From an uncultured Actinomycetes bacterium (GTDB taxonomy: Bacteria; Actinomycetota; Acidimicrobiia; Acidimicrobiales; JACCXE01), in the NCBI GenBank assembly GCA_963722185.1, contig CAVRKD010000001.1:306015-370014 (forward strand): DNA of 64,000 nt. Direction: 5' to 3'. This document shows positions 25,198 to 33,244 of the stretch, piece by piece (position 1 is the first letter of the stretch; each line of letters starts with the position of its first letter). The notes beneath the pieces were generated by a model that saw only the letters and a program-made list of their open reading frames with translations, searched no databases and had not been told where the DNA came from. A program made the translations under genes and the position numbers.

Positions 25198-27183
25198 ATG
25201 GCGGGCAACAAGAGGCGCATGTGGTTCTTGGGGGCAGTCGTGGCCGTAGTAGCCGCGATCGCGGGAGTGATACCGACTCCGGCACAGGGAGACACGGCCG
25301 CGAATTCGAGTTGGGACTTCGCCGCCGACTTCGGCGGCGAAGCCGACGAAGCGAATCCGACGAGCGATAGCTACGGCAATGCCGGCGTGTGGGCCTACAT
25401 GCGCGGCACGCCGCAGTCGAGCGCGGGGTACACGCTGCTCGACGCCTACTTGCCATCGGTCTGCAACAACGCGGCGGTTGACAACTGGGCGGACGACCCC
25501 GCGGGTCTTCCGTGGGCGAAGAACAACCGCGGCGGCGCGACGGCGTGCGCGACCGCTGCTCTGGGAGCGGGCATTGGAGCGGTGCACCCGAGTGGGAGCG
25601 AGGCGGCAATCCTGCGCTGGACGAGTCCTATCACCGGAACCGTGTCTGTAACCGGTGCGGCCACCGACATCGACGTCCACGGGGGCAACGGAGTCGCCTG
25701 GTCGATCGACAAGGCCGATACCGTGATCGCATCGGGTTCGATCTTCAACAACAGCCAGTCGTTCGCATCCGGCACCGGCGGCTCGGCGCTCGGGGCAATC
25801 TCGGTCGTCGCCGGTGACAAGCTTTACCTGTCAGTCTCGGCGAACGGCGGCGAGGGCTACGACTCAACCCAGATCGCCTTGACGATTCGTGTTGTCGAGT
25901 GCTTCGCCTATGGCGACTTCGCCGACACGACCGGCCTGCAAACTTTCGGCGACGCGGCGCAGTCCGCCTCGTCCATGCAGCTGACACCGGCCGTGAACAG
26001 CAAGGTCGGCGCGGTGTACCGCACATCACGCAGCGCGCTGGCGGAAGGGTTCACGTCGACGTTCAACTACGAGATCAACGGTGATGGCGCCGACGGCTTC
26101 GCCTTCGTGATGCACAACACGACATCGGCGCTCGGCAGCGGCGGCGGCAGCGTCATGGGCTACGACCTGCCCAACAGCCTCGCCGTCGAATTCGACACCT
26201 TCACGAACACCGAGCAGAACGACCCCGACGGCAACCACATTTCGGTGCACTCGAAGGGCGCGGCTGTGAACACGGCGAACGAGAACGATGCGCTCGCGCG
26301 CAACTCCAGCATCCCGCAGCTCAACGACGGCAACGCGCACACCGTCGTCGTCAGCTACGACCCCGGCATTGGAAGCTCGGCGCCGCTCGTCGTCACGCTC
26401 GACGGAACGCAGGTCATCAGCCACGTGCTCGACCTCGCGGCAACCTTCCCGCTGGAAGACGGTACGTCCGCCTTCCTCGGGTTCTCCGGCGCAACCGGTG
26501 GCTTCAACCAGGAGCAGTTGATCCACTCGTGGAGCGTTTGCTCGATCGCAACCGCGCCCACACCGACGACGACCACGACATCCACGTCGACGACGACATC
26601 GACGTCCACCACGTCAACGTCGACCACATCCACGACGTCGACCTCAACGACGACGACAACGCCCGCGGCCCCGAGCTGCGCGCGTCCGTCGATCGTGGCG
26701 CAACCCGGCGTGGAGACGACGGGCACCGAAGGTGCCGACGTCATCGTCGGCACCGCGGGTCCGGACAAGATCAATGGCCTCGGCGGTGACGACCTCATCT
26801 GCGCGGCCGGCGGGGCCGACACCATCGACGGCGGGTGGGGGCGAGACGAGATCCACGGCGGTCTCGGCAACGACACGCTCATGGGAGTCGGTGGCAATGA
26901 CCGTCTCTTCGGCGGGGGTGGTCGCGATCGGATCAATGGTGGAGCGAACACGGACGTCGTCTTCGGTGACGACGGTGACGACATCCTGTCTGGCGGTGCG
27001 GACAACGACGCTGTCTTTGGTGGCGCCGGCCATGACAACCTCGGCGGCGGCACCGGCCGCGATCAACTCGAGGGCGGACCCGGCGATGACAGCCTCGACG
27101 GTGGATCCCAGTTCGACGATTGCAACGGCGGCGCCGGGTCAGATACCGCGGGCAACTGCGAGAAGGTGGAGCAGATTCCTTAG
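25198..27183 (+). CDS. Secreted multidomain protein: unknown N-domain + L-type (legume-like) lectin domain + Thr/Ser linker + RTX Ca-binding repeats
   Basis: Signal peptide MWFLGAVVAVVAAIAGVIPTPAQG. Lectin-like block ...ADGFAFVMHN...LAVEFDTFTN...GNHISVH...FLGFSGATG... TTTTSTSTTTSTSTTSTSTTSTTSTSTTTT linker. More than 12 GGxGxD-type nonapeptide repeats at the C-terminus. Confidence 0.85.
   Translation: MAGNKRRMWFLGAVVAVVAAIAGVIPTPAQGDTAANSSWDFAADFGGEADEANPTSDSYGNAGVWAYMRGTPQSSAGYTLLDAYLPSVCNNAAVDNWADDPAGLPWAKNNRGGATACATAALGAGIGAVHPSGSEAAILRWTSPITGTVSVTGAATDIDVHGGNGVAWSIDKADTVIASGSIFNNSQSFASGTGGSALGAISVVAGDKLYLSVSANGGEGYDSTQIALTIRVVECFAYGDFADTTGLQTFGDAAQSASSMQLTPAVNSKVGAVYRTSRSALAEGFTSTFNYEINGDGADGFAFVMHNTTSALGSGGGSVMGYDLPNSLAVEFDTFTNTEQNDPDGNHISVHSKGAAVNTANENDALARNSSIPQLNDGNAHTVVVSYDPGIGSSAPLVVTLDGTQVISHVLDLAATFPLEDGTSAFLGFSGATGGFNQEQLIHSWSVCSIATAPTPTTTTTSTSTTTSTSTTSTSTTSTTSTSTTTTTPAAPSCARPSIVAQPGVETTGTEGADVIVGTAGPDKINGLGGDDLICAAGGADTIDGGWGRDEIHGGLGNDTLMGVGGNDRLFGGGGRDRINGGANTDVVFGDDGDDILSGGADNDAVFGGAGHDNLGGGTGRDQLEGGPGDDSLDGGSQFDDCNGGAGSDTAGNCEKVEQIP
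26563..26660 (+). repeat. In-frame ACG/TCG/ACC codon low-complexity tract (Thr/Ser linker)
   Basis: A run of ACG/ACC/ACA/TCG/TCC codons encoding a poly-Thr/Ser linker inside the lectin-RTX gene. Confidence 0.9.
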
Positions 27184-27827
27184 TCGCTGGAGTCGGCGGC
27201 GCCGAAGTAGCGGCCGCTCTTCCCGAGCGGGAGAGCGGCCAACACCGCCACCAACGCGAACACCGCGAGTCCGGCGGCGACGCTGCGCGCCGCCTGCACT
27301 GTCGCCACCGGTAGGTCGTCGAAAGCGCGGATGCGATCTGGCGCGAGCGTGACGACGAACGCCGCCACCACACCGAGCACGGCGAGGATCGAGTTGCCGG
27401 TGCTGGCGCGCCCGCGCCACACGGAGACGGCGATGACGGCCGCCGTGACGACACCGAGCACCACGGCACGTTGACTTGGCTGGGCGGCGACGCTGCCGGC
27501 GATCCCGGCCAGGCCGGGCAACGCGATCACGGCGTCGATGACGTGTCGCCACTCGACCAGGCGCTGATCAGCGGCGGCTATGTCGAGACTCAGCACCACG
27601 CCGCTGGTGACGAGCAACGCGCCGAGTCCGTCGGCTGAGACGAAGGCCGCCGCCGCGCCCACACCGAGCGCGGCCAGCGCGGCGCCGCGCTCGCGCAACA
27701 GCACCGCGAGCAGGGCAACCGCCGCGGCCACACCGACGATGGTCGGGCCGTGCGTCGGGTTGTGCCGCGCGATGGCCACGCCCGCGGCGCCCAGCCCGGC
27801 CACGACATAGGGGCGAACCCAGATCAC
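27180..27827 (-). CDS. Polytopic membrane protein (hypothetical)
   Basis: GTGA overlap with the VOC gene stop at 27824-27827. About 216 aa, Ala/Val/Gly-rich, with about 6 hydrophobic segments. The ORF-track start at 28097 runs through the VOC gene in another frame. Confidence 0.55.
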   Translation of the reverse strand: MIWVRPYVVAGLGAAGVAIARHNPTHGPTIVGVAAAVALLAVLLRERGAALAALGVGAAAAFVSADGLGALLVTSGVVLSLDIAAADQRLVEWRHVIDAVIALPGLAGIAGSVAAQPSQRAVVLGVVTAAVIAVSVWRGRASTGNSILAVLGVVAAFVVTLAPDRIRAFDDLPVATVQAARSVAAGLAVFALVAVLAALPLGKSGRYFGAADSSD

Positions 27828-28327
27828 ACGGACACGCCCACGCCGCCGCGGGTGTCGCCGCCGAAGCGGGCGATCTCGCGGGGCAGGTCGAGCGGCTTGA
27901 TCGACGATCGCGCCGCGAGGATGCCCTCGTCGATCAGCGCGGCGGGCACCACCCACGCCAGTTCGAACTCGAGACCGTCGGGGTCCTTCACGTACAGGCT
28001 CTTGGTGGTCGAGTGATCCGACGCCCCGGACAGCGCGCCGCGACGCGACAACTCGTCGGCCAAACGCGACAATTCGTCGAGCGTGTCCACTTCCCACGCC
28101 AGGTGGTACAGCCCAACCGTGCCGCGGCCTGCGTCCGACGCCGCGGCCTGCGATCCGATCTGGAACAGGCCCAGGTCGTGATCGTTGGTCGAACCCGGCG
28201 CCTGCAGGAACGCCGCGCCCGGCATCGCCATCACCTGCTTGAAGCCGAGGGCGTCGCTGTAGAACGAGACGCTGACGGCGACATCACGGACGTAGAGCAC
28301 GGCATGGTTCAGACGGGTGACGGGCAT
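27824..28327 (-). CDS. VOC (glyoxalase/bleomycin-resistance/extradiol dioxygenase) family protein
   Basis: 167 aa with N-terminal RLNHAVLYVRDVAVSVSFY and a second beta-alpha-beta-beta-beta half LYHLAWEV...YVKDPDGLEFEL. Confidence 0.85.
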   Translation of the reverse strand: MPVTRLNHAVLYVRDVAVSVSFYSDALGFKQVMAMPGAAFLQAPGSTNDHDLGLFQIGSQAAASDAGRGTVGLYHLAWEVDTLDELSRLADELSRRGALSGASDHSTTKSLYVKDPDGLEFELAWVVPAALIDEGILAARSSIKPLDLPREIARFGGDTRGGVGVSV

Positions 28328-28330
28328 GGC

Positions 28331-28783
28331 TTAGTGATACCCCGCGATCACGCCGAAGGCGACTCCCGCGGCGCCGACGGCCAACGCGACGAAGGCCTGC
28401 CACCGGCGCGCCCCGTCCGGCGGCACCATCACGAACCCCACTGCCGCGCCAGCGGCGAGCCCGGGAACCCATACCGCGACCGACTCGGCGCCACCCGACA
28501 ACGACGGACCCGCAATCAACGCGCCGGCCAACAGGCCGAGTCCGACGCCGACGGCGCGTTGACGGGCGACGGTGATCAGGCTCACGGCGCTCGCCCACGT
28601 CGCGGCGACGGCGGCCGCCGATCCGGTGAAGCCCGCGGCGCCGAGGACCGCCTGGCTGCCGGCGATGTCGGTCAGCGCCGCACTACCCGCGCGCGCCAGC
28701 GTGGCTACCCCCGCGCCGGCGACAGCCAGCGCGGTCAGCATCGACGCGTCGGCCACGCCCAAGGCGATGGCCAGGGTCCACAA
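28331..28783 (-). CDS. Small polytopic membrane protein (hypothetical)
   Basis: Ala/Gly-rich with about 4 TM segments, ending 4 nt before the VOC start. TTG 28783 is the first canonical start downstream of the DUF5318-like gene. Longer in-frame forms would overlap that gene. Confidence 0.5.
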   Translation of the reverse strand: MWTLAIALGVADASMLTALAVAGAGVATLARAGSAALTDIAGSQAVLGAAGFTGSAAAVAATWASAVSLITVARQRAVGVGLGLLAGALIAGPSLSGGAESVAVWVPGLAAGAAVGFVMVPPDGARRWQAFVALAVGAAGVAFGVIAGYH

Positions 28784-28914
28784 GTCGCCGCGTCCGGTGA
28801 GAGTGAGGGTGCCGCCGGCGAAGAGCGCGGCGGTACGAGCGGGGCCGGGGAGCGCCGGTCTGGTGACGCGCCGACGCGTTTGGGCGTGGGCGGCGCGTTG
28901 CCGGGCGCGCGTCT

Positions 28915-29343
28915 TCAGGATTGGCGTCGCCGGCCGCCGACGGGCACGCGGCGCACGAGGTGATTCCACGAGCACTGCGGACACACCTCGACGACGTAAC
29001 AGTTCAGCTCTTCGCCGGAGCGGTCGAGGCGGCGCATCTCGGCCGCGCTCTCGACGCAACGACCGCGCGACGGCAGCCGCGGCCCGAAGGCGTAGGTCAC
29101 GTGCACCAGGTCGGCTTCGTCGCACACCGGACACGACTCCTCGGTGCGGCGCCCGGCCTTGGCGGCCCGCAACAACTCGGGGTGGGCGTCGCACACGTCC
29201 TCGCGGGCCAATCGGTTGGCCCGCAGTTCAACCAGCACAGCGTTGCGGGCGAGCCGGAAGTCGACCGCGGCGCTGCGGTCTTCAACCGAACGAGCGAGGG
29301 ACTCCGATCGTGACACCACGGCGCGGCAGAGTACAACGCCCAT
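28915..29343 (-). CDS. Conserved actinobacterial Cys-rich protein (DUF5318-like)
   Basis: Motifs DVCDAHPELLRAA, CPVC, YVVEVCPQCSWNHL. The family name is recalled from memory and not verified. The start is uncertain (ATG 29343 or 29379). Confidence 0.65.
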   Translation of the reverse strand: MGVVLCRAVVSRSESLARSVEDRSAAVDFRLARNAVLVELRANRLAREDVCDAHPELLRAAKAGRRTEESCPVCDEADLVHVTYAFGPRLPSRGRCVESAAEMRRLDRSGEELNCYVVEVCPQCSWNHLVRRVPVGGRRRQS

Positions 29344-29398
29344 TCCCCGGGCGCGTGCGCGCGGGTAACGGGCAGGCAAGTCCGGACAGGATTCCCGT

Positions 29399-29929
29399 GT
29401 GGACCGCTCCGCCCGCTTTCGCGCGCTCTTCCAGGAGGCCTATCCAGCCCTCCGGCGCTGGGCGCACCACCGGGGCATCCCCGACGAGGCCGCCGACGAC
29501 GTCGTGGCCGAGGTCTTCACCATCGCGTGGCGCCGGTTCGACGACATCCCCGCCGACGCCGCCATCCCCTGGCTCTACGGCGTGGCCAAGAACGTCGTGC
29601 GCAACCACCGGCGGGGCGAACGACGCCGCGCCGCCCTCACGCTGGTCGCCCCGCCGGCCGCGCCCACGCCAGCACCCGCCGAACCGTTCGACACGAGAGT
29701 TATTCGCACCGCGCTCGATTCGCTCAATGCGGCCGACCGCGAGGTCCTCGTCCTGATCGCGTGGGACGGGCTGTCGCCCGCCAAGCTGGCCGTCGCCCTG
29801 GGTTGTTCCGCCACCGCGGCGCGCGTGCGGTTGCACCGCGCCCGCAAACGCTTCGGCGACGCGGTAACGCGCGCCGAGGCGCAGACACGTAGCAGGCGAG
29901 ACCTGCAGGAGGTGCCCGATGTCCGATGA
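29399..29929 (+). CDS. ECF-type RNA polymerase sigma-70 family factor
   Basis: Region 2 (DDVVAEVFTIAWRRFDDI...WLYGVAKNVVRNHRR) and region 4 HTH (LSPAKLAVALGCSATAARVRLHRARKRF). Confidence 0.88.
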   Translation: MDRSARFRALFQEAYPALRRWAHHRGIPDEAADDVVAEVFTIAWRRFDDIPADAAIPWLYGVAKNVVRNHRRGERRRAALTLVAPPAAPTPAPAEPFDTRVIRTALDSLNAADREVLVLIAWDGLSPAKLAVALGCSATAARVRLHRARKRFGDAVTRAEAQTRSRRDLQEVPDVR

Positions 29930-30884
29930 ACTCATGACGCGCTTGGCCAATGCCCGACCGGAAACGCCTGATGGTCTCCTCACACCCGACGCCCGACTGC
30001 TCGAGGAGATCCTCATGACTGACGTTCCGATCCCACGCCGCTTTGTCACACCAGTGCGATTGGCGAGTGTCGCCGCGCTGGCCGCCGCGCTCGTAGCGTT
30101 CGCACTCGTCATCCCCACGCGCGACAACGCCAACCCGAGCGCGCCGCGCGCGATCGACATGGCACAGATCGCGGCGTCGACGAGCGCGGCGCTCAAGTCG
30201 GGCCGTGCCCACGTCGTAGTCACCACCAAGACCGACAAGATCGCACCCCGCGTGAGCGCGGCTGACTTCACGGTCGAGTTCAACGGCGACGATCGTTCGA
30301 TGTTCGGCACGATCGATCCCGGCGACGGTCGTTCGTCGGTGTTCCCCATCGCCAACAAGGTGATCGGCGGGCAGTTCTATTTGCAGGACGGCACGCGGTG
30401 GGTCCTAGACACGAATGCTTCCGCGATGAGCGGCGACGACATCTTCAACTTCGACCCGCGCACGTTCGTCGGCGGCGCCGCCCAAGCCGCTGGCTTCGAG
30501 GAGGTCGGGAAGGAAGCCGTCGACGGCACGCCCACGCGTCACCTCGCGGCCTCCTATCCCGACCGCGTGCCGACGATCAACGTCGGCCTCGGCCCGTCAC
30601 CTGAAGTCGACATCACCAAGTTCGAGGTGTGGGTCGACGACGCCAACGTCGTGCGGAAACTGGCGATGACGACCAAGGACGTGCAGCAGACCTATCCGCT
30701 GGCCCGCACCAAGCTGACCAAGGACGCGGATGGCACCGTGCAAAAGGCAATCGACCCGGCCACGATGGGCGAGCCGGTCGAGGTCACCACGATCACCGCT
30801 ACGACGGTGACCTTCACCGACATCGGCGACGCCATCACGATCACGCCACCGGAGAACCCCGCATCGGTGGCCGGCAAGGGCTAA
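29919..30884 (+). CDS. Single-pass membrane protein downstream of ECF sigma (putative anti-sigma / sigma-associated extracytoplasmic protein)
   Basis: Overlaps the sigma gene stop by 11 nt. It has a ~45-aa cytoplasmic N-terminus, a TM helix VRLASVAALAAALVAFALVI, and a ~250-aa external domain. Confidence 0.6.
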   Translation: MSDELMTRLANARPETPDGLLTPDARLLEEILMTDVPIPRRFVTPVRLASVAALAAALVAFALVIPTRDNANPSAPRAIDMAQIAASTSAALKSGRAHVVVTTKTDKIAPRVSAADFTVEFNGDDRSMFGTIDPGDGRSSVFPIANKVIGGQFYLQDGTRWVLDTNASAMSGDDIFNFDPRTFVGGAAQAAGFEEVGKEAVDGTPTRHLAASYPDRVPTINVGLGPSPEVDITKFEVWVDDANVVRKLAMTTKDVQQTYPLARTKLTKDADGTVQKAIDPATMGEPVEVTTITATTVTFTDIGDAITITPPENPASVAGKG

Positions 30885-31735
30885 CGAATCGCGGCGACGA
30901 GCGCGTCGACCGTCGGGTCGGCGGGTCCGTCGGCGCGGCGGGCGACGAGCAACGTGCGGCGCACGAACGGCTCGTGGCCGACGCGCCGCAACGCGACGCC
31001 GAAGCGCTGCACTTGCGCCGTGGGCAGCACCGACCAGCCGATGCCAAGCGCGACCATCTGTGCCAGCACCTCGGGCTGGTGTGATTCGGCCACGACAGTG
31101 ACGGACCGACCCGCGCTCCGCAGCGCCTCGCTGACGAGCGTGCGCGTCTCGGACCCGACGGGATACATGACCCAAGGGCCCCAGGCGCGCGACCGATCGT
31201 CGGCCGGTGCGTAGACCGCGAGGTCTTCCTCCAGCAACGGCGTCGCCGTGACGCCGCCGGGCAGCACCGAGGGCGCGACGCACACGACCACGTCGAGCCG
31301 GGCGGCGACCAGGTCGCGGAGAAGCTCCGCCGACGGGCTCACCTGCAGCTGGAGCTCGACCGCTGGCCGCTCGGCACGGAACGCGGCCAGACCCGCCGCG
31401 CAATGGATCGTCGCCGCTGCGTCGATCATGCCGACGCGGACGCCACCGGTGGTCCCCGCCCGGCGACGCTCGGCCCACCGGGCCAGGTCCTGCGTGCGAG
31501 CCAAGACCGCGCGTGCGTGATCGAGGACTACGGCCGCCGCTTCGGTCGGCACACGGCGCCGCCCGTCGCGCGCGAACAGGGCCACTCCCAGCCGGCGTTC
31601 CAGCTCCGCCAGTCCCTGGCTCAGTGCCGAGGGCGTCACCCCAACGGCCGCGGCGGCGTCGGTGAACGTCGGCACCTCGTGCACCGCCACCAGGTACTCA
31701 AGCTGCTGGACCGAGATGTTGGGAAGCGACGCCAC
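30881..31735 (-). CDS. LysR-family transcriptional regulator
   Basis: N-terminal HTH ISVQQLEYLVAVHEVPTFTDAAAAVGVTPSALSQGLAELERRLG plus a LysR substrate-binding domain. It is divergent from ino1. Confidence 0.88.
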   Translation of the reverse strand: MASLPNISVQQLEYLVAVHEVPTFTDAAAAVGVTPSALSQGLAELERRLGVALFARDGRRRVPTEAAAVVLDHARAVLARTQDLARWAERRRAGTTGGVRVGMIDAAATIHCAAGLAAFRAERPAVELQLQVSPSAELLRDLVAARLDVVVCVAPSVLPGGVTATPLLEEDLAVYAPADDRSRAWGPWVMYPVGSETRTLVSEALRSAGRSVTVVAESHQPEVLAQMVALGIGWSVLPTAQVQRFGVALRRVGHEPFVRRTLLVARRADGPADPTVDALVAAIR

Positions 31736-31794
31736 ATCGTTAAGTATTACTGAACGGTAGAACGTCTTGCCGCAGCATCACTTACGCTTGCCAA

Positions 31795-33096
31795 ATGACC
31801 GCTCGCACCATCGCCCCGGCCACCGGGAAACTTGGCGTCCTCCTGCCCGGCCTCGGCGCCGTCGCCTCCACCGTGATCGCCGGCGTGCTGCACGCCCGGC
31901 GGACGGGCGTCGCTCCCATCGGATCGGTGAGCCAGATGGCGCACGTCCGACTCGGCGAGCGCGCCGAGGGCCGCAACCCGTTGATCAAAGACTTCGTCCC
32001 CCTGGCCTCGCTCGACGACATCGTCTTCGGCGGCTGGGATCCGATCTCGCCCAACGCCCTCGAGGCGGCCCGGACGTGCGGCGTGCTTGAAGAGCGCGAC
32101 ATCAATCCGATCTCAGGCGAACTCGAAGGCGTCGTCGCCATGGACGCGGTGTTCGACCAGAGTTGGGTGAGTCGGCTCGACGGCAAGCGCGTCAAGACCG
32201 GTTCCAACAAGATGGAACTCGCCCAAGCGTTGATGGCCGACATCGAGCGCTTCAAGGTCGAGAACGACTGCGACCGTCTCGTGATGGTGTGGTGCGCGTC
32301 GACCGAGGCATACCGCGACGTCACCGACGTGCACCAGTCGGTCGAAGCGTTCGAGGCGGGCCTCGTAGCCAACGACGAGCTAATCAGCCCGAGCCAGATC
32401 TACGCCTACGCGGCGATCATGAGCGGAGTCCCCTACGCCAACGGTGCGCCGAACCTCAGTTGCGACCTGCCGTGCATGATGGAGCTGGCCGAACGCAACG
32501 GCGTGCCGATCGGCGGCAAGGACTTCAAGACCGGGCAGACGCTGATGAAGACGATCGTGGCGCCCGGCCTCAAGGCGCGGATGCTCGGCCTCAACGGGTG
32601 GTTCTCGACCAACATCCTCGGCAACCGCGACGGTGAAGTGCTCGACGATCCCGAAAACTTCCGCTCGAAGGAAGTCTCGAAGCAAGGCGTGCTCGACACG
32701 ATCTTCCAAGCCGAGGACCACCCCGAGCTGTACTCCGACATCTCGCACGTGATCCGCATCAACTACTACCCGCCCCGCGGTGACAACAAGGAGGGCTGGG
32801 ACAACATCGACATCTTCGGGTGGATGGGCTACCCGATGCAGATCAAGATCGACTTCCTCTGCCGCGACTCGATCCTCGCCGCTCCCCTCGTGCTCGACCT
32901 CGCGCTGTTCTTCGACCTCGCGGCGCGCGCCGGCGAGAAGGGCGTGCAGGAGTGGCTGAGCTTCTACTTCAAAGCGCCGATGACGTCGAGCGAAGAGCTG
33001 CTACCCGAGCACGACATCTTCATTCAGCAGATGAAGCTGAAGAACACGCTGCGCGAGTGGATGGGCGAGCCCGCCGTCACCCACAGCGAGGCGTAA
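31795..33096 (+). CDS. ino1: myo-Inositol-1-phosphate (inositol-3-phosphate) synthase, long ~430-aa type
   Basis: MIPS motifs STNILGNRDG, SKEVSK and LCRDSILAAPLVLDL. An N-terminal Rossmann-like segment is present. Confidence 0.85.
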   Translation: MTARTIAPATGKLGVLLPGLGAVASTVIAGVLHARRTGVAPIGSVSQMAHVRLGERAEGRNPLIKDFVPLASLDDIVFGGWDPISPNALEAARTCGVLEERDINPISGELEGVVAMDAVFDQSWVSRLDGKRVKTGSNKMELAQALMADIERFKVENDCDRLVMVWCASTEAYRDVTDVHQSVEAFEAGLVANDELISPSQIYAYAAIMSGVPYANGAPNLSCDLPCMMELAERNGVPIGGKDFKTGQTLMKTIVAPGLKARMLGLNGWFSTNILGNRDGEVLDDPENFRSKEVSKQGVLDTIFQAEDHPELYSDISHVIRINYYPPRGDNKEGWDNIDIFGWMGYPMQIKIDFLCRDSILAAPLVLDLALFFDLAARAGEKGVQEWLSFYFKAPMTSSEELLPEHDIFIQQMKLKNTLREWMGEPAVTHSEA

Positions 33097-33100
33097 CACC

Positions 33101-33138
33101 GCGCTCGTCGTTGTGTCGGGCGACACAGCGCTGAGCGC
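33101..33138 (+). terminator. Intrinsic terminator-like hairpin after ino1
   Basis: GCGCTCGTCGTTGTGTC-GGGC-GACACAGCGCTGAGCGC: an imperfect ~17-bp stem with a tetraloop. Confidence 0.55.
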
Positions 33139-33244
33139 ACCGGGCTCGGTACCGCCCCGTCAGGCAACAAACAGGGGGCGGGAGCACATGCGATAACGAA
33201 CACCGCAGCAAAGGCGCACTCCTCGAACCCGACTGATCTTGCAA

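Noticed and set aside
26563-26660. Short-period ACG/TCG repeat that could be mistaken for a tandem repeat or CRISPR-like array.
   Set aside because: It is in-frame, encodes a Thr/Ser linker inside the lectin-RTX gene, and has no spacer/repeat organisation.
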